Positions 28,293 through 38,298 of a stretch of DNA of 64,000 nucleotides are shown here, in pieces. The translations under genes were made by a program, and so were the position numbers. The DNA is taken from NCBI GenBank assembly GCA_964357615.1, contig CAYHMC010000001.1:66602-130601 (forward strand), read 5' to 3'. The notes below the pieces were generated by a model that saw only the letters and a list, made by a program, of their open reading frames with translations, did not search any database and had not been told where the DNA came from. The DNA comes from an uncultured Candidatus Saccharibacteria bacterium. GTDB lineage: Bacteria > Patescibacteriota > Minisyncoccia > UBA6257 > JACOXY01. Within the stretch, counting starts at the first letter, position 1. Each line of letters begins with the position of its first letter.

Positions 28293-28695
28293 AGGTTGGT
28301 TACGCGTAAGCCGGATTCTGTTATATAAACGATAAAGCTTATATGATAGCGATTTATCTGGGCTAAAGATTACTCCTTAGCTCTGGCGACTCCCCAAAAT
28401 GTAAAATATTTACACATGGTGCGGTCTTGCACTCTGTAAGGATTTAGCCGTTTCACTTCCGTTTTTTTGTCCTTATGGCGGAATTAGACCAACAAGCTTA
28501 GGATTGGGTCTCTTTAATTTTTTCAAATTAAAGCGTCACTGCTCGCACCTCTATTCTTACGAACGACGGCTGTTAGCCGCTACATTTTTTCACCTCGGCG
28601 GGTGCTTGCGCTCCGAAGCCTTGGCGAAGGAGTGTCCGGACTTTCCTCTCCCTTAATCTATTGATTTAGAGAGTAGCTATCTCAATAACCAACCT
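28293..28695 (-). ncRNA. rnpB: RNase P RNA
   Basis: Reverse complement contains GAGGAAAGTCC and ACAGAATCCGGCTTA (the two P4 strands); P1 helix AGGTTGGTTA/TAACCAACCT; extended -10 TGGTATAAT just upstream. Confidence 0.95.
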
Positions 28696-28723
28696 TCTGA
28701 TATTATACCATAATTCAATGAAA

Positions 28724-28752
28724 TTGACAATATGATAAAAATAGTGTATAAT
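28724..28752 (+). promoter_or_regulatory. perfect sigma70 consensus promoter
   Basis: TTGACA-17 nt-TATAAT, divergent from the rnpB promoter. Confidence 0.85.
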
Positions 28753-28796
28753 TATGGCAGTTATTCACCATCTGTTCTGGCTAAATGGAGGCTGTG

Positions 28797-29102
28797 ATGC
28801 CGACTGGACTTCGAACTAATACGAGCTTTGCAGGGCTTGTGGCAAACCTGAAGGAGAATTGTCACATCATACATCACACAGGTTCAAAGGAGGCTAAGGC
28901 ATATCTCGTGATTTCTTACGGGAAATACACCGTTTCAGTTGCTCCTCATGAGGGGGGGGTAATGTATGTAACTCCACATCATGTTTTGGAGGAAATACAC
29001 TCTGGGGCACTTCGCATAGCATATGCGGAAATTATCGCCGAGCATGCGAAGCTGTGGGGGGTTAGCTTCGACTTAGGTAATCCGAGGATACTTCCGGCAT
29101 AA
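28797..29102 (+). CDS. hypothetical protein (ORFan)
   Basis: GGAGG at 28787-28791 precedes ATG 28797. Confidence 0.65.
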   Translation: MPTGLRTNTSFAGLVANLKENCHIIHHTGSKEAKAYLVISYGKYTVSVAPHEGGVMYVTPHHVLEEIHSGALRIAYAEIIAEHAKLWGVSFDLGNPRILPA

Positions 29103-29120
29103 GTGAGGGGAGGGTAAAAA

Positions 29121-29318
29121 ATGAAGCCAAGAAGTTTTGTTTCTCCGCGTGCTTGCTATCAAAAAAGTGAGCGGTGTACAGGCAAGATTACCATGTGTTT
29201 TAGGTTGCTCAGTGGCAAATGGCTAAGGCATCCTATGTGCTGGTTGCACACTTGCAAGACAAACAATAAGCAATGTATATCGCATTGCAGAACTTGCGGG
29301 AGTCATGAGACTTACTGA
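29121..29318 (+). CDS. small Cys/His-rich protein (possible Zn finger)
   Basis: GGAGG SD; multiple Cys including CRTC; terminator at 29324-29359. Confidence 0.55.
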   Translation: MKPRSFVSPRACYQKSERCTGKITMCFRLLSGKWLRHPMCWLHTCKTNNKQCISHCRTCGSHETY

Positions 29319-29371
29319 AAGTGATCGGGTTTAGGTGAGAGTCCTAGGCCCGATTTTTTATTTGGATTGAT

Positions 29372-31297
29372 TTAGTAATCAATTTTTTTTACTTTTTGAT
29401 TCCGTATGCGAAATGTTATTACAAGAATTCCAGCTAGAGTAATCAGAATTACATACAAAATCATAAAAAATCTAAACCAAGAAAAATTACTTTCTTCACC
29501 AATGAATAAAGATGCAAACATTGAATTTTTAGAAGTAATATTAGTACTAGAGCCAATCATATTTGAGCTAGATGCAACTGATGTATTATTTTCAGTGTTT
29601 CCTGCAGATGCAATATCATTCAAATTATAAACGCGTCCATCACTACACATTACAATATTTGTTAATTCACAACTACCAGAAACCGATAAAATTTCTCCAT
29701 TTGGTAGAGTTATTTTTGACGAAGTAGTTGAATTATTGTTATGAATTTCATCTGAGTTTTGTGCCGAAGGGGTAATTGAAGTAGTTGGCTTACCAATTCC
29801 ATTTAATGACCTTGGTAATATTTTTGTAGCACAATTTACAAAAGCCCTCTTTCCCAAATTATCAGATATAGTTAGAGTAACAATTTTTGTTCCAACGGTT
29901 CTAAAACTAATTTTTTGCGAATCACCAATTTTTGAGATTGCACCTGCCCAAACATATGAATATGGTGCTGTTCCACCAATTGCTCTTGCACTAAATAAAA
30001 CTTCCTCACCAACTTCTGCAGTATTTTTGTTTACATCACAAATGGCATTAAAATAAGTTCCCGAATTTGCTCCGGAAGAACCAATCGGTGTTTTTGTAGG
30101 TGTTGGTGAAGTTTTTGGAAGATTAGAAACAGACCCATCTGTTGCTGTTTTTTCAATTGATACTAAAGCAGATGCATAAGTCGAACCAGTTTCGCCGTAG
30201 CAAGTTAATGTGTAATTTGTTTGGGAATTTGGCCAAACATATTCCACTCCGTTTGCTGGTTTAACACCTTGCCAGCCACCAGTTGCTATACAAGAAGTTG
30301 TGTTGTTTGACTGCCATTTTAGCGTAGAGGTATATCCACTTTTAATAATTGCAGGTGATGCAGAAAAAACTAAAGATGTTTTATTTTGTAAATTATTATA
30401 ACCAGTCTGCGAATTTGGTGTTGGTGTTGGGTAGTATGCAGAGGAGTTTGATACTGTGACTGTAGCGGTAACAGTTTTGATATTGTTTCCATTTGAACAT
30501 GTAAGTGTGTAGTTTGTTGAATTAGTCGGTGAAACAAATTCATTTCCATAAGCTGGTTTAGTTCCTGTCCAAGCACCACCTCCATAACAGGCGCTCACAT
30601 TAACAGCTCCCCAACTTATTTTTGCGCTTTGTCCAGGAAATATAATTTGTGGATTGGCTGAAATTGTAATATCAATTGCGCCGTTTAGAGTATTAGAATT
30701 TATATTTGAGGAAGTACTGGTTTGACCAACACCATTTATTACAAAAACAGTTATACTTTTGCTAGTTTTATAAAGAGAATTTGAACAGCTTAGAGTATAG
30801 CTAGTAGTATTTTGTGGAGCTACAGAAATTGAGCCAGAAGAAAGATAGTTTCCAGCAAAGCCCCCACTTGCAATACAGCGATCTGTATCGGTTGAGCTCC
30901 AAGTAATAAGTGATGAATCGCCTTTATTTATAGATGTCTGACTTGCAGATATATTTAGTTGAGGCATTTGTATTTGTCCTACTGATACAAATATACTTTC
31001 CGTGGTGAGCAAACCAGCGGAGTTCCAGCATTTTAATGTAAATTTAGCAGAAAAAGGTGGTTTTGAAGTATAGGAACCAGAAGTATTTCTGTGCCCGCTC
31101 CAGTTGTCGTGTGCTGAACAAGTAGAAGTGTTAGTGGTAGACCAAGTTACAGTTACGCTTTCGCCAGATATTACTTGATATTTATCAGCGCTTAGGCTGA
31201 TTGTAGGTGCGCCAATTTGAGCATACGAAATAGGCGCTACAAATAAACTAATAAATATAACGAGACAAAGGGTGTATAAAAAAGATATTTTTGTCAT
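29372..31297 (-). CDS. secreted/surface protein with four Ig-like repeats, PKD-like domain and C-terminal TM
   Basis: Signal peptide (..SYA|Q); four copies of W.S.N...C.A...W.G.....G...V.P.....YTL.C. Confidence 0.85.
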   Translation of the reverse strand: MTKISFLYTLCLVIFISLFVAPISYAQIGAPTISLSADKYQVISGESVTVTWSTTNTSTCSAHDNWSGHRNTSGSYTSKPPFSAKFTLKCWNSAGLLTTESIFVSVGQIQMPQLNISASQTSINKGDSSLITWSSTDTDRCIASGGFAGNYLSSGSISVAPQNTTSYTLSCSNSLYKTSKSITVFVINGVGQTSTSSNINSNTLNGAIDITISANPQIIFPGQSAKISWGAVNVSACYGGGAWTGTKPAYGNEFVSPTNSTNYTLTCSNGNNIKTVTATVTVSNSSAYYPTPTPNSQTGYNNLQNKTSLVFSASPAIIKSGYTSTLKWQSNNTTSCIATGGWQGVKPANGVEYVWPNSQTNYTLTCYGETGSTYASALVSIEKTATDGSVSNLPKTSPTPTKTPIGSSGANSGTYFNAICDVNKNTAEVGEEVLFSARAIGGTAPYSYVWAGAISKIGDSQKISFRTVGTKIVTLTISDNLGKRAFVNCATKILPRSLNGIGKPTTSITPSAQNSDEIHNNNSTTSSKITLPNGEILSVSGSCELTNIVMCSDGRVYNLNDIASAGNTENNTSVASSSNMIGSSTNITSKNSMFASLFIGEESNFSWFRFFMILYVILITLAGILVITFRIRNQKVKKIDY

Positions 31298-31464
31298 ATT
31301 GTTTATGTATAAAAATAGGAAAATACTTCACTTTTAAGACTATATTGTAACATATTTTAGCCAAAAAGTCAATATAAAAGCCTTTTATATCTAAGTATAA
31401 TAATAAAATAACCCTACTTACAATAAGCAGAGTTTGTGTGTAATAATAAATCATCAGAAAGGCT

Positions 31465-31722
31465 TTAGTGATGATGTTTATGATGGTGGAATCTCTGGTG
31501 ATGTTTATATTTGTATCGCGGAAAAGTATGGTGATAATATGGAGGAATATAATGTACTCTTGGACTAACAATGCCGTATCCGTAATTACAAACTAAGTTA
31601 CCAAGAAAATCATAATAACAATTTGAAGCAGTTCGTCTCCCAACAACCAAACAAGACGAAAAAGTTAATGAAGTAAAAATTGATGTAAGAATTACTAAAA
31701 CTAGTTTCCTAGATTTGATCAT
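31465..31722 (-). CDS. small His-rich putative lipoprotein
   Basis: GAGGT SD; hydrophobic N-terminus ending FSSC; C-terminal HHQRFHHHKHHH. Confidence 0.6.
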   Translation of the reverse strand: MIKSRKLVLVILTSIFTSLTFSSCLVVGRRTASNCYYDFLGNLVCNYGYGIVSPRVHYIPPYYHHTFPRYKYKHHQRFHHHKHHH

Positions 31723-31783
31723 TTTTACCTCGCTTCCAATTTGCTTTTTTTATTATAACACGAAATAATTATTATATCAAGAT

Positions 31784-32506
31784 ATGAAAATACATAGATT
31801 TTATATAGAAACAGATTATAGCAACAAAAAAATCAAATTTGATGATGGTGAGTTATTAAATCAATTAAAAAAAGTTCTAAGATTGAGAATTGGTGATAGT
31901 GTAGTTTTGTTTAATAAAGAAGGTAAAGAATTTAAAGCCAGCATCGAGTCATATACTTCCAAGGGTTGTGTATTTAATATTACTAAAATTAAAGAAAATA
32001 ACAGAGAAATAAAAAATACTGTACTTTTATATTGCAGTATATTAAAGCGTGATAATTTTGAATTTGTAGTCCAAAAAGCTACAGAGATTGGAATTGATAG
32101 AATAACGCCGATTGTTACCAGTAGAACAATTAAATTTGATTTGAGAAGTGATCGATTGGGCAAAATTATAAAAGAGGCCTCTGAGCAATCCGGAAGAGTT
32201 AAATTGCCAATTTTATCTGATAAAATCTCACTTAAGGAATCAATGGATAGCGCTAAAAAAAATAACGCTATTAATATATTTTTCGATTCAGCAGGTAAAA
32301 ATATTAATGAATTAATGGGAAAAAACAAAATTGGAAACAAAAAAAATCAAATAGGAATTTTTATTGGACCAGAGGGGGGTTGGACTAATGAAGAACTTGA
32401 GCTTGCAAAAAAATCAAATTTTAAAATAATTTCACTTGGAGAAACAACGCTCCGAGCCGAAACAGCGGCAATAATTTCTACTTATATTTCAGTAAATTTG
32501 ATTTAG
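31784..32506 (+). CDS. rsmE: 16S rRNA m3U1498 methyltransferase
   Basis: VLRL..GD, QKATEIG, EASEQSGR, IGPEGGW, LRAETA. Confidence 0.95.
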   Translation: MKIHRFYIETDYSNKKIKFDDGELLNQLKKVLRLRIGDSVVLFNKEGKEFKASIESYTSKGCVFNITKIKENNREIKNTVLLYCSILKRDNFEFVVQKATEIGIDRITPIVTSRTIKFDLRSDRLGKIIKEASEQSGRVKLPILSDKISLKESMDSAKKNNAINIFFDSAGKNINELMGKNKIGNKKNQIGIFIGPEGGWTNEELELAKKSNFKIISLGETTLRAETAAIISTYISVNLI

Positions 32507-32520
32507 GTTATTGAATCACA

Positions 32521-32558
32521 ATAAAATAAAACCGCCGTAAAGGGCGGTTTTATTTTAT
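32521..32558. terminator. bidirectional terminator
   Basis: ATAAAATAAAACCGCC-GTAAAG-GGCGGTTTTATTTTAT between convergent genes. Confidence 0.9.
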
Positions 32559-32570
32559 TCATTGCAGAAA

Positions 32571-33449
32571 TTATGGAGTTGGTGTTGGCGATGGAGTTAC
32601 TGTCGGTGTCGGAGTTGGACTTGGTGTCGGAGTTGCTGTTGGAGATGGGCTGGGTGTCGGTGATGGGGTTGGTGTTGGTGTCGGAGTAGCTGATGGCGTT
32701 GGTGTTACTGCTGGAGTTGATGTCGGGGACGGAGTTGGCGTTACTGATGGCGTAGGAGTCACTGATGGCGTTGAAGTTGGGGATACAGTTGGTTTTGGAG
32801 TTTCGTTAATTTTTTTCCAAATTCCAGGTGGTAGAACTTGGCACTCAGGGACTACCGGTTGGTCGCCATTTTTCTTTTTCCAGCCAGGTGCAACTAGGTG
32901 CCCAGGTGGGATTATCGCACATAATTTTTTACCCCTTGAAACTGACGGTGTTCCTTCCGTTGAAGTTGCATTATCTTCAAAATGAACTGGGTTTTTTCTT
33001 AGAAGTTCATTTAGTACTTTTAGAGTTTGAGGGCCGACTCTGCCAACTCCTGGTAGTCCATGTTTTTTCTGTAATCGCTTTATTGCTTCTTTTGTAAGAT
33101 TGCCGAAGTTCCCAGTTATTAATCCTTCTGGATAAATTTCAGAATCAGAAGCAAGCAAAGCCTGAATTATTAGAACATCTTCGTTTTTATCTCCAGGGTT
33201 TAGTTGCTTTTTAAGATCACTCACAACTTCTTTAAGTTCCGTATTGATTGTTTGTTGTTTTGTTTTTAATGCATTAATTTGTTCGTTTAATGTTTGCATT
33301 TGTTTCATTAGTGCGCTTATTTGGTCGAGAAGCGATTGGGTTCCGCTACTAACTGTACTTGTAGTTACTGCAAAGCCCTCTCCTGGCAAAACAGCGATTC
33401 CTAATCCGAGCACACTAATAATTAATGCTATGAAAATTGAATTACGCAT
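32571..33449 (-). CDS. secreted peptidoglycan-binding-domain protein with coiled coil and Pro/Thr tail
   Basis: Signal peptide; L..G....DV..IQ.LL...ITG.FG.LT..AIKR.Q...G.VGP.T; PT/PS repeats at ~32576-32795. Confidence 0.85.
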   Translation of the reverse strand: MRNSIFIALIISVLGLGIAVLPGEGFAVTTSTVSSGTQSLLDQISALMKQMQTLNEQINALKTKQQTINTELKEVVSDLKKQLNPGDKNEDVLIIQALLASDSEIYPEGLITGNFGNLTKEAIKRLQKKHGLPGVGRVGPQTLKVLNELLRKNPVHFEDNATSTEGTPSVSRGKKLCAIIPPGHLVAPGWKKKNGDQPVVPECQVLPPGIWKKINETPKPTVSPTSTPSVTPTPSVTPTPSPTSTPAVTPTPSATPTPTPTPSPTPSPSPTATPTPSPTPTPTVTPSPTPTP

Positions 33450-33632
33450 ATATGTTTAAATTTATGTTTTATTAGATTATTAATTGTAAATATCGACCCT
33501 TTATACATCCAATTATATATTTGACGCATTAAATTACAAGCTCTTACAATTAATTCTTCATAAAAATATTGTGTATTTGAAACCTTAGGTGTATTCTATT
33601 TTTAGTATTTTAAAATAGAAAGGTGTAAATCT

Positions 33633-35045
33633 ATGTGTGGTGTGGTTGGAGTTTTTGGAAAAGAAAATGCAACCGAGCTAACACTAGATATGATGGAGGC
33701 CCTGCAACACAGAGGTCATCAAAGTTCTGGATGCGTACTCATAGGCAACGATGGTGAAGTAATCTTTGAAAGAGAACTTGGAATAATACTTAATTTACTT
33801 AAACAGCTTAAAGAAATTGATGTTCCACTGGACACTTTTAGTGGCATTGGACAGCTTAGATACGGAACTGCTGGAAGTAGAGATAAGATGGAAAATGCTC
33901 AACCGCTTTATGTTGGAAGGCGGAATGCTGAAATTTATTTAGCTCACAATGGCGACACTCCATATGACAAAGAAATGCGCGAAGAGTTATTGGCTATGGG
34001 AGCAAAATTTAGCATTACAAGCGATACCGAGCTTATTTGCCAGTATATTGCAAAAAGCAGAGAAGAAGACTCAATTGATGCTATTTTGGATGGACTTAGT
34101 TCATATAGAGGAACATACGCAATCACTATGCTTTTAAAAGATGACGATGGCTCCAAATTGATTGTAGCTAGAGATCATTCTGGCAACAGGCCTTTGTGGC
34201 TTGGAAAAAAAGACGATAGTTGGCTTGTGGCATCTGAAGACATTGCATTCGAGGCGATAGAAGGAAAATCAATTAGAGAAATTTTACCAGGAGAAATGTT
34301 AGTTATTTCTAATGATGGATTATCAACTAGAATTATTCCTAATAAAAATGAATTGAAAAGTGGGTCACAACATTGTGTTTTTGAAAATATCTATTTTTCA
34401 TTCCCCAATTCATTAAGCTTTGGAGTTCCAGTTGGTAAATTTCAAGAAGAATTAGGTAAAATTGTAGCAAGAAAATTAAGAAATTTAGTTTTGGATAGTG
34501 ATGTTATTACAAATATTCCTGATTCATCCAATTTATTTATGGATGGATTTTCTAGTGAGTTAAACAAATTTCCAACTAGAGCAATAATTCGAAAGCATAA
34601 TTATCGTAGTTTTACAGAGTCTAGTAAATTAAGAAGAGAAAGTGTTGTTCGTAAAAAGCATAGTTTTAATGGAGAAAAAGTTTCCGGTAAAAGGGTTTGG
34701 GTTTTGGATGATTCGATTGTTCGTGGTAGTACATCTAGAAAAATAATTAGAGCACTTAGAAAACATGGTGCAACTTGGGTAGGAATGATATCCAGCGCCC
34801 CTCCTGTTATTGGACAATGTCGAAAGGGGATTGATTTTGAGGAAGATTTGGTTGCCGGAAAATATCTTGATTCTGGAACGCAAAACTATTTTCTTGATGA
34901 AATCAGAAAAGAGATTGAAGCTGATTTTCTGTTCTATACCAGTATAGAAGACTTAAGAGAATCACTTAGAGTATGTAATGCAAATCCTAGTTCATTTTGT
35001 TTCGGATGTTTCACGGGCAAAGAACCCGTGTTTGGAGCGTGGTAG
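33633..35045 (+). CDS. purF: amidophosphoribosyltransferase (divergent)
   Basis: N-terminal MCG, LQHRG, HNG, VLDDSIVRGST, four Fe-S-type Cys (CVFE, C..GID, CFGC). Confidence 0.88.
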   Translation: MCGVVGVFGKENATELTLDMMEALQHRGHQSSGCVLIGNDGEVIFERELGIILNLLKQLKEIDVPLDTFSGIGQLRYGTAGSRDKMENAQPLYVGRRNAEIYLAHNGDTPYDKEMREELLAMGAKFSITSDTELICQYIAKSREEDSIDAILDGLSSYRGTYAITMLLKDDDGSKLIVARDHSGNRPLWLGKKDDSWLVASEDIAFEAIEGKSIREILPGEMLVISNDGLSTRIIPNKNELKSGSQHCVFENIYFSFPNSLSFGVPVGKFQEELGKIVARKLRNLVLDSDVITNIPDSSNLFMDGFSSELNKFPTRAIIRKHNYRSFTESSKLRRESVVRKKHSFNGEKVSGKRVWVLDDSIVRGSTSRKIIRALRKHGATWVGMISSAPPVIGQCRKGIDFEEDLVAGKYLDSGTQNYFLDEIRKEIEADFLFYTSIEDLRESLRVCNANPSSFCFGCFTGKEPVFGAW

Positions 35046-35063
35046 AATTTTAAATAAAAAAAT

Positions 35064-35085
35064 AAGCACCGAAATTTCGGTGCTT
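35064..35085. terminator. bidirectional terminator
   Basis: AAGCACCGAA-AT-TTCGGTGCTT with flanking A/T tracts. Confidence 0.85.
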
Positions 35086-35092
35086 TTATAAT

Positions 35093-35308
35093 TCAGAATT
35101 TTGTACATTTTCGACAAAGTAAAAATGGAGCGCCCAACCAAGTCATGGTATCAACGCTGTGTTTATCTAGTTCTTCTCCACAACCACGGCAATGAGTTTT
35201 GTCATTTGGATGCTCATTCCTGCAAGAAAGTGGCACGCTAAATATTGACCTTGAATGTTTAGTGTCTTTTTTGCAAACACCACAATATTTAATCCGGTCT
35301 TCTGACAC
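35093..35308 (-). CDS. small Zn-ribbon protein (ORFan)
   Basis: Three CxxC motifs; GAGGA SD. Confidence 0.6.
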   Translation of the reverse strand: MSEDRIKYCGVCKKDTKHSRSIFSVPLSCRNEHPNDKTHCRGCGEELDKHSVDTMTWLGAPFLLCRKCTKF

Positions 35309-35422
35309 AGGTCATTCCTCGTTAAAATTCTATTTATAGACTAATTTATAAAAATATATTTTGCAAACATAATGCATACTTATTAACAGCTCAGATGCAC
35401 CTTAGAATGTTATACTAGTTAC

Positions 35423-36433
35423 ATGCGCAAATTGAAAATTGCAATTTTAATGGGTGGACCTTCATCTGAGCATGAAGTTTCTATAAAAAGTGGTTTAAAC
35501 GCTTTAAAAAATTTAAATTCTAAAAAATATAAAGCAGTACCAGTATTTATTGATACTAGAGGTTATTGGCTTTTTCCTGGAAAGCACGAGCATCCGCTAA
35601 CTGAGCCAGAAGCAATTTTAAATTTAGAGCAACTTAAAGTAAAAGCTGTTTTAATTGCGCTTCACGGAGAATACGGAGAAGATGGGGGAGTGCAAAGCGT
35701 GCTAAGTGCCGGAAAAATTCCTTTTACCGGATCGAAATCACTTCCGAGTGCCCTTTCAATGCACAAAGTTTTAGCTGGCAATGTATTTGTGAGGGCTGGA
35801 CTCTTGGTTCCCGAGTCTTACGAGATTAAAAAAAGTGATTGGAAATCAAAATCTCAAGTAGTTTTGAAACACATATATAATACATTTGGAAATATCGTTG
35901 TTATAAAACCAACAAATCGTGGCTCAAGCATTGGTGTAAGTTTAGTTAGAATTTTCAAAAATAATTTGCATCCATTAGACCTCGCAATTCAAAAAGCATT
36001 TTCTGTAAGCCGACATGTAATTGCGCAAAAATATATCTCTGGAAGGGAAGTTACTTGCGGTGTTTTAGATGTCTCTGGAACTGCTGAAGCATTGATGCCA
36101 ACCGAAATTATTCCAATAGAAAGTTCATTTTTTGATTTCAAGGCAAAGTACGAAGGCGCCTCAAAAGAAATTACACCTCCAAAAAAAATGTCATTAAAAC
36201 TTATAAAAAGAATAGAAGGCGTGGCATTAGTAGCGCACAAAGCTTTGGGGCTAAAGGGTGTAACTAGAACCGATATGATAATTGACAATGATAATAATAT
36301 TTATGTTTTAGAAACTAATACGATACCAGGGCTTACAGAGGCTAGTTTAATTCCTAAGCAAGCTAAAACATGCGGAATATCTTTCCCGAAGCTTTTGGAT
36401 TTGATGATTAAAGACGCACTTCACGAAGCTTAA
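35423..36433 (+). CDS. ddl: D-alanine--D-alanine ligase
   Basis: GGPSSEHEVS, LHGEYGEDG, GSSIGV, LETNTIPG. Confidence 0.96.
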   Translation: MRKLKIAILMGGPSSEHEVSIKSGLNALKNLNSKKYKAVPVFIDTRGYWLFPGKHEHPLTEPEAILNLEQLKVKAVLIALHGEYGEDGGVQSVLSAGKIPFTGSKSLPSALSMHKVLAGNVFVRAGLLVPESYEIKKSDWKSKSQVVLKHIYNTFGNIVVIKPTNRGSSIGVSLVRIFKNNLHPLDLAIQKAFSVSRHVIAQKYISGREVTCGVLDVSGTAEALMPTEIIPIESSFFDFKAKYEGASKEITPPKKMSLKLIKRIEGVALVAHKALGLKGVTRTDMIIDNDNNIYVLETNTIPGLTEASLIPKQAKTCGISFPKLLDLMIKDALHEA

Positions 36434-36467
36434 AGGACAAAATTAAAAATCTTAAGTACTTAAGTAA

Positions 36468-37244
36468 TTAAATATACTTAACTTTTTTTAACCAATTTTC
36501 ATTTTCCCATTCCCATAATTTTTTTGCACCGAGAAATGCGTCGAAATCATTTTGCCAATTTGGAAATTCTTTAACTTCAATAATTCCCTTAAGTTCGCCC
36601 CATTCGTGTGTGTCGTCCGCACAAACAGAACCTTTTCTGGGCCACGGCTTTCTAACTTTTTTCCTATCTCCTTTGGGTCGCATTGTTGTGGGACAATTTA
36701 GACAAGTATGAATTTGGTCAATGCGCATAATCCACCTCGTTTGTAAATTTTTAAATTCTTTTGAAAGTGATGCCATATAGGCGCTTGTTTGTAAGTTATA
36801 ATCGCGGTAAATTCCCTGTGAAGTTTTAATATCCATCACACCAAACTTGCCGTCCATCAAAACCATTGCGTCTATTGTGCCAGCATAGCGCTCGTCTTTA
36901 TTGCAAATTCTTCTTTCTACTAATTCAGGTGAAGTTTGAATATTGTTGCGTTCTAAATAATCAATGAATGCCGAAATTGCTGGTTTTATAACAGGAGGTA
37001 CTTCTGGATTTTTGCCAAGAAGTATAGCTTCCGATATTTCATGAATCATAGTGCCTTCTTCGGCTGCTTTTTTTGTTGAGTCTTGCGCCGCTTTGTAGCT
37101 TGTCGCTTCTCCGTAGTAAAAATAAAGCGCAGGTTTTGATTTTATATCTATAATTTTGGTTACGCGAGGATACCAAGCGCCATCTATTTCATATCCGCAC
37201 TTTTCTTTAAAATCATTTTCGTCTTTGTAATCCCATAGTGACAT
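36468..37244 (-). CDS. PD-(D/E)xK nuclease family protein with inserted putative Zn finger
   Basis: PRVT.I, GT.IH, YAGTIDA...DIKT, Q..AY; CLNC...C....H insert. Confidence 0.8.
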   Translation of the reverse strand: MSLWDYKDENDFKEKCGYEIDGAWYPRVTKIIDIKSKPALYFYYGEATSYKAAQDSTKKAAEEGTMIHEISEAILLGKNPEVPPVIKPAISAFIDYLERNNIQTSPELVERRICNKDERYAGTIDAMVLMDGKFGVMDIKTSQGIYRDYNLQTSAYMASLSKEFKNLQTRWIMRIDQIHTCLNCPTTMRPKGDRKKVRKPWPRKGSVCADDTHEWGELKGIIEVKEFPNWQNDFDAFLGAKKLWEWENENWLKKVKYI

Positions 37245-37245
37245 A

Positions 37246-37440
37246 TTATATTATTGGAGCTTCTTTAATTGAACAACCGATATTGTTTTGTTTTCTGGGG
37301 TCACTGCCAGTAACTTCCATATATTTTTTATCTGCCTCTAAAATATCTTCCGCCACGCATTCAAAAACAATTTCTTTACTCTTATAATCAAAATAAGAAT
37401 AGCTATAAAATTCTTTTTCTGTTTTCCCCTGCTCATTCAT
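37246..37440 (-). CDS. small hypothetical protein
   Basis: 64-aa ORF abutting the nuclease gene. Confidence 0.6.
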   Translation of the reverse strand: MNEQGKTEKEFYSYSYFDYKSKEIVFECVAEDILEADKKYMEVTGSDPRKQNNIGCSIKEAPII

Positions 37441-37525
37441 TTTTTTAAAATCCTAATATTAATACTTGTATTCTACATCACTATATGATAATTAAAAAAT
37501 AGTACCAAAAAAGAAAGAGATACTC

Positions 37526-37804
37526 ATGAGGCACGAGTCCTGCACAATCTGCCAAGCTGATGGGTATTTGGTAAGATTTTTTACCGAAGTAGTTTGTTTA
37601 ACTTGTTCGGAAGGATTAAAAAAAATAAACAAGAATGAATTATGTTGGAATAGAGATATTGTTATTTTTTACATCAAAATTTATGCTCAATTTTTATATA
37701 AAGGAAACTGTTTGCCGGACTCTGATCTATTAAACATACTAATGCTAGACCAATTAAATAAATTGGCACACTGGATTCACAAAATGACTAGAACGAATTT
37801 TTAA
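37526..37804 (+). CDS. hypothetical protein with two CxxC motifs (ORFan)
   Basis: CTIC...CLTC; shared terminator at 37843-37868. Confidence 0.6.
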   Translation: MRHESCTICQADGYLVRFFTEVVCLTCSEGLKKINKNELCWNRDIVIFYIKIYAQFLYKGNCLPDSDLLNILMLDQLNKLAHWIHKMTRTNF

Positions 37805-37875
37805 CTCATGCCTCTAGTGAAACATTTTATATTTTAAAAAATAATAACCCAGAATATTTTGGGTTATTTTATTTA

Positions 37876-38169
37876 TTATTTTACAAACTCTATTTGTAGC
37901 TCGGGAAAATCAAATGCATCTTTAAGCTTATCTTTCAGTATTGCTTTTGTAATATTAAGTACATCCTCAGTTATCTCGCTTGAAATAATATTGGCATCTA
38001 TTTGTTTGTGATTTGGTTTAAACGATATCTCTATTTTAAATTCACCAGCTAATAAGCTGGCTTTTTCTCTTAGAAATATTTTCTTAGTCTTTCTCCTAAA
38101 TGCATTGAAGCGAATTTCATGTACTTGTTCTATGTGTGTAGCTTTAAACCATCGCTGTTTTTTACGCAT
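37876..38169 (-). CDS. hypothetical protein (ORFan)
   Basis: TTGACA-17-TTTAAT (38225-38197) and GGAGGT SD place the start at ATG 38169. Confidence 0.7.
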   Translation of the reverse strand: MRKKQRWFKATHIEQVHEIRFNAFRRKTKKIFLREKASLLAGEFKIEISFKPNHKQIDANIISSEITEDVLNITKAILKDKLKDAFDFPELQIEFVK

Positions 38170-38298
38170 TTTGAACCTCCAAAAAATTCTTTTTAGATTA
38201 AAGCACGCTATCACCTTCCTGTCAAAAACTCTTCCATTTTCTAATAATTTGTTGTAATGTTTTCTATATTAGATTCCTATTTCTTATGCATTTATAAA

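Noticed and set aside
32576-32795. Tandem-repeat-like GC-richer tract
   Set aside because: Explained by the Pro/Thr/Ser low-complexity protein tail with varied synonymous codons; not a DNA-level array.
35093-35308. Ribosomal protein L33 (KYCGVCKKDTKH resembles its C-terminal knuckle)
   Set aside because: The motif is at the N-terminus and the rest does not match; a generic Zn ribbon is more likely.
36468-37244. Cas4 / CRISPR adaptation gene
   Set aside because: It lacks the Cas4 arrangement of one N-terminal plus three C-terminal Cys, and there is no cas1/cas2 or array.
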